Assembly (NCBI GenBank): GCA_024277095.1
Contig: JAJRVX010000401.1
Span: 26-64,025 of the forward strand
Source of the DNA: Chloroflexota bacterium
GTDB taxonomy: Bacteria > Chloroflexota > Anaerolineae > DUEN01
Length of the DNA stretch: 64,000 nucleotides
Reading direction: 5' to 3'
Part shown: in pieces, positions 10,788 through 20,606 of the stretch
Numbering within the stretch: the first letter of the stretch is position 1
Layout of the letters: every line of letters starts with the position of its first letter
Notes under the pieces: generated by a model
The model's input: only the letters and a program-made list of their open reading frames with translations
What the model was told of the DNA's origin: nothing
The model's database searches: none
Made by a program: the position numbers and the translations under genes

Positions 10788-11727
10788 CGTGATCGCATTG
10801 GGAGAGGCCCTGGTCGAGATCATGCGCCCCGGCACGGGGATGCCGCTGGACCGACCGGGGACCTTCCTCGGCCCCTACCCCAGCGGGGCGCCCGCCATCT
10901 TCGCCGATGCCGTCGCCCGACTGGGCGTGTCCTGCGGCTTTATCGGCTGCGTGGGAGCGGATCCCTTCGGGACCTGTCTGGAGCGACGGCTGCGAGAGGA
11001 TGGCGTGGACACCACGTACCTGCAGGCCATCCCGGGAGCCGCCACCGGCGTCGCCTTCGTCGCCTACAACGAGGACGGCAGCCGGCAATTCATCTTCCAC
11101 ATCGCGGACGCGGCGGCGGGCCGGCTGGGCCCGGAGCAGGTAGACGCCGGGTACGTGAAAAGCGCCCGTTGGGTGCACATCACCGGGTCGTCACTCTCCG
11201 TGAACGAGCCCATGCGCCGGGCCTGCTACCGGGCCGTCGAGCTGGCCGCCGAGGCCGGAGCGGCCATCTCCTTCGACCCCAACCTGCGCGCCGAGTTGAT
11301 GGCGCCGGAGCAACTGCGAAGTCTGGTGGAACCGGTGCTGGCCCACGCCACGGTGGTGCTCCCCAGCGGCGATGAAGCGCGCCTGCTCACGGGACAGGAC
11401 GACGACGCGGACGCGTGCCGGGCCCTGCTCCAACGCGGCGTAAAGATCGTAGCGCTGAAGCGCGGCGCCGCCGGGAGCACCCTCTTCACGGAAGATGAAC
11501 AGATCGACGTGCCCGGCTTTCCGGTGGCCGAGGTGGATCCCACCGGCGCAGGCGACTGCTACGCGGCCGGGCTGGCCGCCGGCCTCCTATGGGGATGGGA
11601 TCTGAAGGACGCCGCCCGATTCGCCAATGCGGTGGGCGCACTGGCGGTCACCCAACAGGGACCGATGGAGGGCGCCCCCTACCGTCATGAGGTAACCCGC
11701 CTGATCGACCAAGCCACTACATCCTGA
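10780..11727 (+). CDS. PfkB-family sugar kinase
   Basis: 315 aa. The C-terminal DPTGAGDCYAAG motif is typical of ribokinase/PfkB kinases. It overlaps the mutY stop. Confidence 0.8.
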   Translation: MPDVIALGEALVEIMRPGTGMPLDRPGTFLGPYPSGAPAIFADAVARLGVSCGFIGCVGADPFGTCLERRLREDGVDTTYLQAIPGAATGVAFVAYNEDGSRQFIFHIADAAAGRLGPEQVDAGYVKSARWVHITGSSLSVNEPMRRACYRAVELAAEAGAAISFDPNLRAELMAPEQLRSLVEPVLAHATVVLPSGDEARLLTGQDDDADACRALLQRGVKIVALKRGAAGSTLFTEDEQIDVPGFPVAEVDPTGAGDCYAAGLAAGLLWGWDLKDAARFANAVGALAVTQQGPMEGAPYRHEVTRLIDQATTS

Positions 11728-11744
11728 CCTCCGGGGAGCAATCC

Positions 11745-12959
11745 ATGTCCACAAACCCCAAACTACGCCCAATTCGCACGCAGCCCGTTATCCAGTATGG
11801 CCAGCGGGCCCTGGCATTGCAAGATCCGCTTCAACTGTCCAACCAGGTGGTGATCCTTCCCTACCACCTGGCCCCTCTCCTGTCGCTGTGCGATGGGACC
11901 CGGGATATCGACACGCTGCGCGCCAGCCTGGCCGTGCGCGGCGGCGTGTATCTGACGCCCCACGAGGTAGAGCAGATCATCCGCCGGCTGGATGAGGCGC
12001 TCCTGCTGGACAATGAACGATCCGCCCGGGCCTGCCAGCAGGCGTTGAACGAGTACCACGCGGCCCCCTATCGCCGTCCGGCCCTGGCCGGGCTCTCCTA
12101 TCCGGACAATCCGAACGTGCTGCGCCAGTACTTCGATCAACTGGTGCGCCGCGTCGCCCAGGGAACCACCGCGGCCTCGGAGGTTCGCGCCGTCATCAGC
12201 CCACACATCGACTATCACCGCGGCGGGCCGGTGTACGCGCAAACCTGGGCCCAAGTCGCCCCAACCCTCCCCCAAATCGATCTGGCGGTGATCTTCGGGA
12301 CCGATCACAACGGCAGCCCGGGCCGCATCACGCTCACGAGACAACGATACGCCTCCCCCTTCGGCGCGCTGCCCACCGATCTCGCCGTCGTCGACGCGCT
12401 GGCGGAGGCGATCGGGCCGGAGGCGGCCTTCGCCGAGGAGCTACACCATCGCAACGAGCACTCCGTCGAGCTGGCCGTGAACTGGCTGCACTACTTCCTG
12501 GGAGATCGTGAGGTCCCCGTCGTGTCGATCCTCTGCGGATCGATCGACCATTATATCCAACGGGGAGGCGATCCGGAGACGGATCCCGTGCTCACGGCCA
12601 CGGTGGACACCCTGCGAGAGGTCACAGCCGGACGCCGCGTGCTGTGGGTGGCCGCGGCCGATCTGGCCCACGTGGGGCCGGCCTTCGGCGATCCTCAGCC
12701 GCTCGACCTGCTCATGCGCGCCCGGCTGCAGGCGGCCGACGAAGCGATCCTCAAGGCGATCGAGGCGGGAGACCCACAGGCCTTCTATCACGCTATCCGG
12801 GCGGAAGGCGATCAGTGGCGCGTGTGCGGGCTCACGCCTATCTACCTCACCCTGCGGATGGTGACGCCGGCCCAGGGCCGGATCATCGCCTACGAGCGTT
12901 GCCCGGCCGATGTGGAGAACGGCTCCGTCGTGACCATCGCCGGCGCCCTGCTGACGTAG
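11745..12959 (+). CDS. Memo-like protein (AmmeMemoRadiSam system protein B family)
   Basis: 404 aa. ISPHIDYHRGGPVYAQTW and AADLAHVGP blocks are typical of MEMO1/AmmeMemoRadiSam B. No AMMECR1 or radical-SAM partner is in the window. Confidence 0.7.
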   Translation: MSTNPKLRPIRTQPVIQYGQRALALQDPLQLSNQVVILPYHLAPLLSLCDGTRDIDTLRASLAVRGGVYLTPHEVEQIIRRLDEALLLDNERSARACQQALNEYHAAPYRRPALAGLSYPDNPNVLRQYFDQLVRRVAQGTTAASEVRAVISPHIDYHRGGPVYAQTWAQVAPTLPQIDLAVIFGTDHNGSPGRITLTRQRYASPFGALPTDLAVVDALAEAIGPEAAFAEELHHRNEHSVELAVNWLHYFLGDREVPVVSILCGSIDHYIQRGGDPETDPVLTATVDTLREVTAGRRVLWVAAADLAHVGPAFGDPQPLDLLMRARLQAADEAILKAIEAGDPQAFYHAIRAEGDQWRVCGLTPIYLTLRMVTPAQGRIIAYERCPADVENGSVVTIAGALLT

Positions 12960-12974
12960 CAGGGGATCGGGAGA

Positions 12975-13205
12975 ACGCGTCTCAGGGGCTGAGGGGGGCT
13001 TCGCCCCTCCGGAAAGAGACCTTCTTCCGCCTTCGACCTGCCCGGCCCCGGCCCGAACCCCTGCGGAAAGGGCCGAGAAAGGCAGGTGCAGGCCGGAAAA
13101 GTGGGATTTCCGTGGAGGGGAGGTCCCCTCCACACCTCCCCCTGTGGAGCTGGTAGCTGAGGGAGGCCCCTCAGGCACCTTACCGGTAAATTCTCAGGCA
13201 CGCCC
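12975..13205 (+). repeat. MITE-like structured repeat, copy A (left end degenerate)
   Basis: Near-identical to the reverse complement of 29344..29600. It contains the palindromes ggaggggcttcgcccctcc-like and gtggaggggaggtcccctccac. The right end is ...ccggtaaattctcaggcacgccc followed by TTA. Confidence 0.85.
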
Positions 13206-13214
13206 TTAAGAAAA

Positions 13215-13240
13215 AGCCCGGCGCCTTTCAGCGCCGGGCT
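13215..13240 (-). terminator. Intrinsic terminator hairpin between convergent genes
   Basis: Stem gcccggcgc / gcgccgggc, with a T-run on the minus strand (aaaaa on the plus strand at 13211-13215). Confidence 0.65.
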
Positions 13241-13269
13241 CTCTAATAGGCGACATCACCCTCGCCGCG

Positions 13270-15270
13270 CTACAGGTTCACGTACTCCCCTTTCACGATC
13301 GAATCACGCGGGATGTGCAAGAGCTCCAGCAACTCGCCGATTAACTCCGCCTTGCGAACGGCGTCGGCCGCCGACCAGGTGCGGCTCTTGATCTCCACGA
13401 ACGATCCCTTGCCCTCCGGCTTCGTGATGCGGTCCAGGTTCAAGGCGAACTCTTCTCCCTTATACAGGAAGCGATAGCGCGTTCGCCACTTCACCACCTC
13501 GCGCACCTCGTCCGGCTGGAAATACTCCCGGTAGAAGCGCAGGGAATGGGCCGCGTGCGAGGTGAAGCGGCTTCGGGAGAGGATCGCCAGGCTCTCATAC
13601 TCCCGCTCCTTCTTCGGGCCGATCAACGTCAGCGTGTATTCCGGCACCACCTCCAACGTGAGCCCCAGCGTCTCCACGCCGCCGTTGGTCCGCTCCTGGA
13701 CCACGTTATCCTCACGATACCGCAGGATCTCCGGCTCCGGCCGCCAGAACAGCATGTACGTATCGTACTGTTCACGCACGCTGCGCTTCACCAGCTCCAA
13801 CCCGAGGTCCAGGAAGCGCCTCTCCACCGCGGCCAGATCGTCCACCCGGGCCTTAACCTGCACCTCGAACGTCTCCTGCTGCTCCAGGCCGCCCAATGCC
13901 AACAGCTTGTTCAGCAGGCTGGACTCGCGCTCCTTCAGGAAGGTGTTGATCCCGTCGGCCAATCGCTGGGCCTCGGCCATGACCTCGGGCAGATCGATGG
14001 TGAGCAGCTGGCCATCCCGCAGCAATGGCTGTCCGTCCACCCAGGTGCCCACCACGTCGCTGGCCTTCGCCGTGTAGACCAGGTGAGAATAGATGTTGGC
14101 GTTGCTGAGGCTAAACCGGGGCACTGCGTGGGGCGCATTCAAGGCGATCATGGTGATGTCTGCACGCTTACCCGGCTCCAACGACCCGATGAGTTGATCC
14201 ATGTGGATGGCCCTGGCCGCCTCGATGGTCGCCAGCGCAAACGCCTCCTCCGCCGGCAAAGCGGTGGGGTCGCCCCGGGTGCCCTTCGGCAGCAGCGCCG
14301 CCAGCCGCATCTCCTCGAACATATCCTGGTCGTTGTTGCTGGCACATCCGTCGGTTCCGACGCCCACGTGAATATGGCGCGCGCGCATGAGCACCACAGG
14401 CGCAACCCCACTGGCCAACTTCAGGTTGCTGGTGGGACAATGGGCCACCCCCACGCCGTGAGTTGCCAGCAGCGCCATGTCATCCTCGGTCACATGTACG
14501 CAATGAGCGGCGATGACGCGCGCCTGAAAGACGCCCATGCGCTCCGCATACGCCACCGGCGAGAGCCCATTCCAACGCTGGCGGCTCTCCTGGACCTCAT
14601 GAGCCGTCTCCGATAGATGAGTGATCAGGGGAACATCGAACTCCAACGCCAGCGCGATGGCTTCCTGCCAGATCTCATCGGTGCAGGTATACGGGGCATG
14701 AGGCGCCACGGCCGGGATGATCCGGGGATGCCCTCGCCATCGCTCGATGAACTGACGGCAATGGGATAGCCCCTCATCGTAAGAGGCAGCGTCCGGGGAG
14801 GGAAACTTCAAAATCGTCTCGCCCAGGATGGCCCGCAGGCCGGCCTGCTCCGTCGCCTGGGCCACAACATCCTCGTAGTAATACATGTCGCAGAAGGTCG
14901 TCACGCCGGAGCAGATCATCTCCGCACAAGACAGCAGCGTCCCCCAGCGCACGAACTCGGGCGTGACGCACTCCCGCTCCACCGGCATCATGTAGCCCAG
15001 GAGCCACACGTCCAGCCGCAGGTCATCGGCGAGCCCCCGCAACAGGCTCATGGGCACATGGGTATGGCTGTTGATCAGGCCCGGCGTGACGATGGTCCCG
15101 CGACAGTCCACCACCTCCTCAGCCTCAAACCGGCGGGTGATCTGGTCCGACGGCCCCACCGCCACGATATCCGATCCACGTACGGCAACAGCGCCATCCA
15201 GAAACACGTTTCGGCGGCGGTCCATCGTCACCACGATGCCGCCGGTGAAAAGACGATCTACGGCAACCAC
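13270..15270 (-). CDS. Amidohydrolase (MTA/SAH deaminase MtaD-like) fused to a C-terminal CYTH (class IV adenylate cyclase / triphosphate-tunnel) domain
   Basis: The N-terminal ~430 aa carry HTHVPMSLLRGLADDLRLDVWL and HCVH... blocks. The C-terminal ~190 aa carry FEVQVKARV ... GSFVEIKSR ... KGEYVNL, which is CYTH-like. Confidence 0.7.
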   Translation of the reverse strand: MVAVDRLFTGGIVVTMDRRRNVFLDGAVAVRGSDIVAVGPSDQITRRFEAEEVVDCRGTIVTPGLINSHTHVPMSLLRGLADDLRLDVWLLGYMMPVERECVTPEFVRWGTLLSCAEMICSGVTTFCDMYYYEDVVAQATEQAGLRAILGETILKFPSPDAASYDEGLSHCRQFIERWRGHPRIIPAVAPHAPYTCTDEIWQEAIALALEFDVPLITHLSETAHEVQESRQRWNGLSPVAYAERMGVFQARVIAAHCVHVTEDDMALLATHGVGVAHCPTSNLKLASGVAPVVLMRARHIHVGVGTDGCASNNDQDMFEEMRLAALLPKGTRGDPTALPAEEAFALATIEAARAIHMDQLIGSLEPGKRADITMIALNAPHAVPRFSLSNANIYSHLVYTAKASDVVGTWVDGQPLLRDGQLLTIDLPEVMAEAQRLADGINTFLKERESSLLNKLLALGGLEQQETFEVQVKARVDDLAAVERRFLDLGLELVKRSVREQYDTYMLFWRPEPEILRYREDNVVQERTNGGVETLGLTLEVVPEYTLTLIGPKKEREYESLAILSRSRFTSHAAHSLRFYREYFQPDEVREVVKWRTRYRFLYKGEEFALNLDRITKPEGKGSFVEIKSRTWSAADAVRKAELIGELLELLHIPRDSIVKGEYVNL

Positions 15271-15390
15271 ATTCCACTCCTTGCTATCCCTTCACGCCCC
15301 TGCGAGGTAAACAAAAAGCGCATAGGACCACCCCGTCCTCGCGCCGGGCTTGGCTTCACGAGGCCTATTCCTCTATGTCATCGGTTGTCG

Positions 15391-15660
15391 TTACCACTCA
15401 TCCTCATCGCTCAGAACGAATCCGTCCAGCTCATCCTCTTCTTCTTCCAGCCAATCGTCGTCCTCATCATCCGGCCATATGTCCTCATCATCCAGGAGAT
15501 CCTCGTCGTCCCACATCTCCTCGTCATCCACGATGCCATCCTCAAACTCTTCCATCGTAAGACAGGACAGTTGCTCCGGATCCAGCTCGATCTCCTCCGC
15601 CGAACAGTAGTCATCTTCCCAGAAGACACAGCGGCGCTGCGGACACCGAACTTTGGGCAT
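15391..15660 (-). CDS. DUF1540-like Cys motif protein with an extremely acidic tail
   Basis: MPKVRCPQRRCVFWEDDYCSAEEIEL is followed by a ~60-aa run rich in D, E and W. AGGAGG lies 5 nt before ATG 15660. Confidence 0.5.
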   Translation of the reverse strand: MPKVRCPQRRCVFWEDDYCSAEEIELDPEQLSCLTMEEFEDGIVDDEEMWDDEDLLDDEDIWPDDEDDDWLEEEEDELDGFVLSDEDEW

Positions 15661-16011
15661 GGTCACCTCCTGGCCTCACGAGAGATGATCAAGCAACTCA
15701 CCTTCATACACAACCCACAATGCCACGCTGCGATCCAGACGAGCATGAACCCGGCAGATGTGACGCCCTCTGAGGAACGACGACGGCAGCGATTCCACAC
15801 CGCCGCCCAACCGGGCTGAACACCCGGCCCATTCACGACTCAGTATAATCAGTTACGGAGCCAACGTCAATAGTTTTGCCGAAAAAGATCCACTTTTCCT
15901 CAGAGAGTAAGGCGTGCGACGCCGATTTCCTCGCCTTCCTACCCCGACCCCTCACGTCCGGATCGATGGGGATCCGATCCGGCCCGTCCCATTCAGGTCC
16001 GATGCACCCCC

Positions 16012-16467
16012 TCACATCTCCCCCGGAGGGCACTCCTCCCCTTCGGCCAGGACCTGCCGTGCACGACGCACGACGTTTCGCTCGCTTTCGAACGTGAGCA
16101 GCTCCACCGCCTTATCCCATGGCACCCAGAGAGGCGAGAACTGCTCATCGCCTGCTGGCCGCGCAACCTGCTCCGGGCCATCCAGGCACATCAAGAAGTA
16201 ATGCTCGTGGCGCAGGTAGTGGCGACCATCGTACGGATTGTCGAACTCGACGGTCTGGAGGCCGAGATCCCGTACCACACGCAGCCGGGCGTACCCGGTC
16301 TCCTCACGCACCTCCCGCAGCGCGGCCTCCACCGGGCTCTCCCCGGCCTCCACATGGCCCTTCGGCAGCCGGATCTCGCCGCGACCGGGACGATCCAGCA
16401 GTAACACCTTGTCCCCGCACACCACCACGCCGCCGGCCGCGTAGTACGTCCTCGTCCCCCGTGTCAT
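16012..16467 (-). CDS. NUDIX hydrolase
   Basis: Nudix box GHVEAGESPVEAALREVREETG. The track ORF extends to 16497. Confidence 0.85.
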   Translation of the reverse strand: MTRGTRTYYAAGGVVVCGDKVLLLDRPGRGEIRLPKGHVEAGESPVEAALREVREETGYARLRVVRDLGLQTVEFDNPYDGRHYLRHEHYFLMCLDGPEQVARPAGDEQFSPLWVPWDKAVELLTFESERNVVRRARQVLAEGEECPPGEM

Positions 16468-16675
16468 GTTCGGCCACCTTTCTCCCGGTTCCCGCAACGA
16501 GGCCTATTCAGCCACGATCCAATGCGGCGCTCCCCCATCTCGGACGGGACGTGATTATAGCACTTATGTTGAGAGCGTCAAAAACGCCAACGGAGAACGA
16601 AATCCTTCCACCCTCCAGGCAATTGACAAAGGGTTTTCGTTGCCGTATGATAGCGCCGTGTCCAGAGGGAATGTC

Positions 16676-18169
16676 ATGGTCGGCACACAACCACTACGCA
16701 CGATCGCATGGGACAGCATCATACGCAAGGGCATCGAGCTGCTCGCCCTGTCGGCGCTGGCGGCAAGCCTGGCTTTGGCTCCCCTGCGATGGGAGCTTTC
16801 CCTACTCGCCGGTGCCAGCGTCGTCCTGGCCGTGCTGATCCGCCCCTGGCTCGGGCTCCTCATCATCGCCGTGACGATCCCGTTCGGCCCCCTGATGCCC
16901 CTTCCAATCGGCCAGGCGAACGCGAACATCAACGAGCTGCTCTTCCTGCTGATCATCGGAGGGTGGCTGGCGCGGGGGGTCTCCCGGCGGGCCATCGTGA
17001 TCCCGCATCCACCGCTGCTCTTGCCGGCGCTTCTGCTGTTGGGAGCCTACCTGGCCACCCTGCCGGGCGCCTGGTCCCTGAAGGACGGGCTGGTCGAATG
17101 GATCAAATGGGCGGAGGGCCTGGCCCTGTACCTGGCCGTGGTCGCGCTGCTGCCTCCACGCCGCACGCCCTGGCTCATCGGGGCGATCCTCCTCGCCGGC
17201 GTCGCCGAGGCGGGGCTGGGGATCTACCAGTTCGCCCGGGCGATCGGCCCCAGCCAGTTCGCCATACTGGGCCGCTTCCTGAGGGCCTACGGGACGTTCC
17301 GCCAGCCGAACCCGTTCGGCGGATATATGGGGCTGATCGCCCCGGTGGCCATCAGCCTGGCCTGGTGGGCGTTGGCCGAGGCATGGCGCGGGCGGTGGGC
17401 GCCGGGGCGATTTCGCCTTCTGACGCTGGCAGCCGCCGTCACCGCCGCCGCCGGGATGGTCACGCTCGGACTTCTGGCGAGCTGGTCGCGGGGCGCCTGG
17501 CTGGGATTCGCAGCGGCGCTGGCGGTGATCGTCCTCGCCCGGGGGACGAAGACGACCGGGGCCATCGCCTTGCTCGGAGCGGTCGTCCTATCCGCCCTCC
17601 TCGTCATCGGATACACGGGCGGTGGGCCCGTCTCGGCACTCCAGGGCCGGATGAGCGGGCTCCTGGAATACGCCAAGTTCACCGATCCACGCACCCTCGA
17701 GATCACGGACGCGAACTTTCCCATCGTACAACGGCTGGCACAGTGGTGGGCGGCCTGGAACATGTTCGGCGACCACCCGTGGCTCGGCGTTGGCATCGGC
17801 AACTACGCCGCCGCATATCCTGCCTACGCGCTGCCGCGATGGTATGAGTCGCTGGGACATGCCCACAACTATTATCTGAACACGGCAGCCGAAACCGGGC
17901 TAATCGGGCTAACCGTATATATGCTCGTCGGACTTGCGGCGTTCATCTGGACGGCGCGACAGGCGCGCCGCCTGAGCGGATGGCCACAGGCGCTGGCCAT
18001 CGGCGTGCTGGGCGTGCTCACGCACCTGAGCGTACATAACCTCTTTGACAACCTATACGTGCAACACATGATCCTCCACCTGGCGCTGCTCCTGGGAGCC
18101 CTCGCGGTCCTCAGCACGGCCCGCGTCGGCCGGAGAGCGCCGGGATCGCGCGATGTGATGGCCCCATGA
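16676..18169 (+). CDS. O-antigen ligase (Wzy_C) family membrane protein
   Basis: Polytopic, with a loop WSRGAWLGFAAA and HAHNYYLNTAAETG typical of O-antigen ligase-like proteins. The start is taken at ATG 16676; the track ORF begins at 16466 and overlaps the divergent NUDIX gene. Confidence 0.7.
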   Translation: MVGTQPLRTIAWDSIIRKGIELLALSALAASLALAPLRWELSLLAGASVVLAVLIRPWLGLLIIAVTIPFGPLMPLPIGQANANINELLFLLIIGGWLARGVSRRAIVIPHPPLLLPALLLLGAYLATLPGAWSLKDGLVEWIKWAEGLALYLAVVALLPPRRTPWLIGAILLAGVAEAGLGIYQFARAIGPSQFAILGRFLRAYGTFRQPNPFGGYMGLIAPVAISLAWWALAEAWRGRWAPGRFRLLTLAAAVTAAAGMVTLGLLASWSRGAWLGFAAALAVIVLARGTKTTGAIALLGAVVLSALLVIGYTGGGPVSALQGRMSGLLEYAKFTDPRTLEITDANFPIVQRLAQWWAAWNMFGDHPWLGVGIGNYAAAYPAYALPRWYESLGHAHNYYLNTAAETGLIGLTVYMLVGLAAFIWTARQARRLSGWPQALAIGVLGVLTHLSVHNLFDNLYVQHMILHLALLLGALAVLSTARVGRRAPGSRDVMAP

Positions 18170-18720
18170 TGTCGATGAAGCCTACCATGGAAGAGGAAGA
18201 GGGCGGCAGTCCATCCCTGCGCACCCCCTCAACGTCATCGATCACCTGGGAATGGAGGAACTGGCCGGTGATCCGTTCCGTCATACAACACCCACTCATC
18301 AAGGACTACGTCACCCCAAAGGAACTCACCCGCTTCCTTCGGTTCGCGACGGTGGGAGCCGTCGGCATGATCGTGGATCTGTCGATCCTGAACGCGCTGG
18401 TCAAGCTGGCCGGGTGGCCGCTCCTCTACGCGAACTCCGTATCCTTCTCCGCGGCCGTCCTCAACAACTTCACGTGGAACCGGCTATGGACGTTTCCGGA
18501 AAGCCGCAGTCGTCCCATCCGTACCCAGCTTCCTCAATTCGCCCTGGTGAACATCATCGGCCTGTTGATCAACAACGCCGTCCTGCTGGCCGTTTACTAC
18601 GTGATCCGGGCGTGGATCCCCGACCCATGGGACTACAACCTGGCGAAGATGTTCGCCATCGGTGTGGTGCTGTTCTGGAACTTCGGCGCCAATCGGCTCT
18701 GGACCTATCGTGGCCTGTAG
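18166..18720 (+). CDS. GtrA-family membrane protein
   Basis: FLRFATVGAVGMIVDLSILNALV ... FWNFGANRLWTY. Its start overlaps the previous stop as ATGA. Confidence 0.8.
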   Translation: MMSMKPTMEEEEGGSPSLRTPSTSSITWEWRNWPVIRSVIQHPLIKDYVTPKELTRFLRFATVGAVGMIVDLSILNALVKLAGWPLLYANSVSFSAAVLNNFTWNRLWTFPESRSRPIRTQLPQFALVNIIGLLINNAVLLAVYYVIRAWIPDPWDYNLAKMFAIGVVLFWNFGANRLWTYRGL

Positions 18721-18798
18721 GCAGCGCTGGATGAAACCGACGGGGGTCAATGAGCGCCAGCTTTTTCGGGGGCGAGGTGAGGAGGGAGCAATAGCATA

Positions 18799-19947
18799 AT
18801 GACTACGCGCATCGCCATCCACTATACTCCAGCCCTCTCGCAGACGGCGGGTATCGGCCGGTACACCCGCGGCCTGGTGGATGCGCTGGCTGCGCTCCCT
18901 CCCCCGGACGGGCTCGAATTCCTGCTGTTCGTCATGGGGAAGATCGCCAGCACGCGTCCCTGGCCAGATCACATGGCGTGGCGAGCGATCCCGCTGTCAG
19001 AGCGCACGATGATCCGGGTCTGGCACCGGCTGCACCTTCCGTTGCCCGCTGACTGGCTGACCGGCCCCATCGACCTGTATCACTCGCCGGATTACGTGCT
19101 GCCCCCGCTCCGCCGGGCCATCGGCGTGGTGACCGTGCACGACCTGTCCTTTCTACGAGTGCCGGAGTGCGCCGATCCACGGCTGCGCGCCTTCCTCACA
19201 GCGGAGGTGCCCCAGGCGGTCGCCCGGGCCCGACATGTCCTGGCCGACTCGGAGAGCACGCGCCGGGACCTGATCGAGCTCCTGTCCGTCTCCCCCGAGA
19301 AAGTCAGCGTGGTGCCCGCGGGGATCAGCCCCGCATTCCGTCGCGTGGAGGATGAGGTTCGAAGGAATGCGGTGCGCATCCGTTACGGGCTGCCCCAACG
19401 TTTCATCCTGAGCGTGGGGCGGCTGGAGCCGCGCAAGAACTACGTGCGTCTGATTCAGGCCTACGCGCAGCTACGGCGACGCTGGGCCCCGCCGCAGCAT
19501 CTGGTCATCGCCGGGGGGTACGGATGGCTCTACGAGGACATCCTCCGAGAGCCGGAGCGACAAGGGGTGAGCGATTGGGTGCACTTTCCCGGCTTCGTCC
19601 GGGACGAGGACCTGCCCGCGCTGTACTCCCTGGCCGACGCCTTCGCGTTTCCCTCCCTCTATGAGGGGTTCGGAATCCCGCCGCTGGAGGCGCTGGCATG
19701 CGGCGTCCCCACGGTGGTGGGCGACAACTCCTCGCTGCCGGAGGCCGTGGGCGACGCGGCGTTACGCGTCCAGGCCGAGGACGTGTCCGCATTGGCGGAG
19801 GCGCTGGCCCGGCTTCTGCAGGACGAGGCCTGGCGGGAGCATACCCAGTCGGCGGGTCCCGCTCAGGCTCGACGGTTCACCTGGGAGGCCGCAGCGCAAC
19901 GGCTCGTGACCGCTTATCAAACCGCTCTGGGGAGGGAAGGCGGATGA
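18799..19947 (+). CDS. Glycosyltransferase family 4 (GT-B)
   Basis: The C-terminal block FPSLYEGFGIPPLEALACGVPTVV is the EX7E-type motif. Confidence 0.85.
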   Translation: MTTRIAIHYTPALSQTAGIGRYTRGLVDALAALPPPDGLEFLLFVMGKIASTRPWPDHMAWRAIPLSERTMIRVWHRLHLPLPADWLTGPIDLYHSPDYVLPPLRRAIGVVTVHDLSFLRVPECADPRLRAFLTAEVPQAVARARHVLADSESTRRDLIELLSVSPEKVSVVPAGISPAFRRVEDEVRRNAVRIRYGLPQRFILSVGRLEPRKNYVRLIQAYAQLRRRWAPPQHLVIAGGYGWLYEDILREPERQGVSDWVHFPGFVRDEDLPALYSLADAFAFPSLYEGFGIPPLEALACGVPTVVGDNSSLPEAVGDAALRVQAEDVSALAEALARLLQDEAWREHTQSAGPAQARRFTWEAAAQRLVTAYQTALGREGG

Positions 19948-20606
19948 TCTCCCGGCAGCTCAGGTGGTCCCTGATCCTGACGCTCGCCCTGCTCCTCATC
20001 GCCGCCGGCTACTGGGGGCCATGGGTCGCCCACAAAGCGGCCGCGCTGGTCATCCCCGGCCTGGACCTGGCCGAATACGTCAAGTTCCTGCCGGAATATC
20101 GAGAAGGTCAGATCACCATCTTCCGTGAGGGGTTCTACCTGCCGCTCATCACCCTGAGCCTGGCGCTGAGCACGCTGTCCTGGCATCCCGCCGTGCGATG
20201 GCCCACCCTGCTGCGCACCATCGCCTGGCTGGGCAGTATTCCCAGCGCGCTGGCCATGTTGCCCCCGGCCTGGTCGCCCGTCACCCTGCGCCTGCCGGAG
20301 TTCCGGCTCCAGGTCATCGCCATCGCCATCTGCCTGATCGCCACGGCCGCCGCGCCGATATGGCGCCGGGTGCCCATCGTACGGCTGGGTGGCCTCCTGG
20401 CGCTGCTGAGCCTGACGGCCATCGTGATCCCCATTGGTCAGTTTTGGATCATCCGCCCCGCCCTGGATCACGTCTACGGCCAGCCCATCGCCATCGGCCG
20501 GGGCCCATGGGTCATGGCGCTGGGGGAGATCCTGCTCGCCGCCGGGGCGATCGCGCTAAGCCGGGGCACCCACCCGTCGAGGGAAACGGGAATGGATGAG
20601 GCGTAA
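19944..20606 (+). CDS. Hypothetical polytopic membrane protein
   Basis: ATGA overlap with the GT4 stop. MISRQLRWSLILTLALLLIAAGYW... with 6-7 TM segments. The track ORF 19698.. is an upstream extension. Confidence 0.55.
   Translation: MISRQLRWSLILTLALLLIAAGYWGPWVAHKAAALVIPGLDLAEYVKFLPEYREGQITIFREGFYLPLITLSLALSTLSWHPAVRWPTLLRTIAWLGSIPSALAMLPPAWSPVTLRLPEFRLQVIAIAICLIATAAAPIWRRVPIVRLGGLLALLSLTAIVIPIGQFWIIRPALDHVYGQPIAIGRGPWVMALGEILLAAGAIALSRGTHPSRETGMDEA

Noticed and set aside
11745-12959. The possibility of a complete AmmeMemoRadiSam system.
   Set aside because: Only the Memo-like (B) component is present. No AMMECR1-like (A) gene or radical SAM gene is in the neighbourhood.
12890-13201. ORFs translating through the repeat copies (12890..13201, 29347..29673, 29392..29868, and 38212 as an N-terminal extension), which give similar 'proteins' (..LPAPQGEVWRGPPLHG..).
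   Set aside because: The similarity is at the DNA level and appears in both orientations. The copies have TIRs, palindromes and an internal-deletion variant, and they are always intergenic. This is a repeat element, not a gene family.
15350-15610. A Ser-rich 86-aa plus-strand ORF.
   Set aside because: It is the mirror image of the GAT/GAG-rich acidic tail on the minus strand. The minus-strand gene has a strong RBS and a recognisable N-terminal Cys motif.
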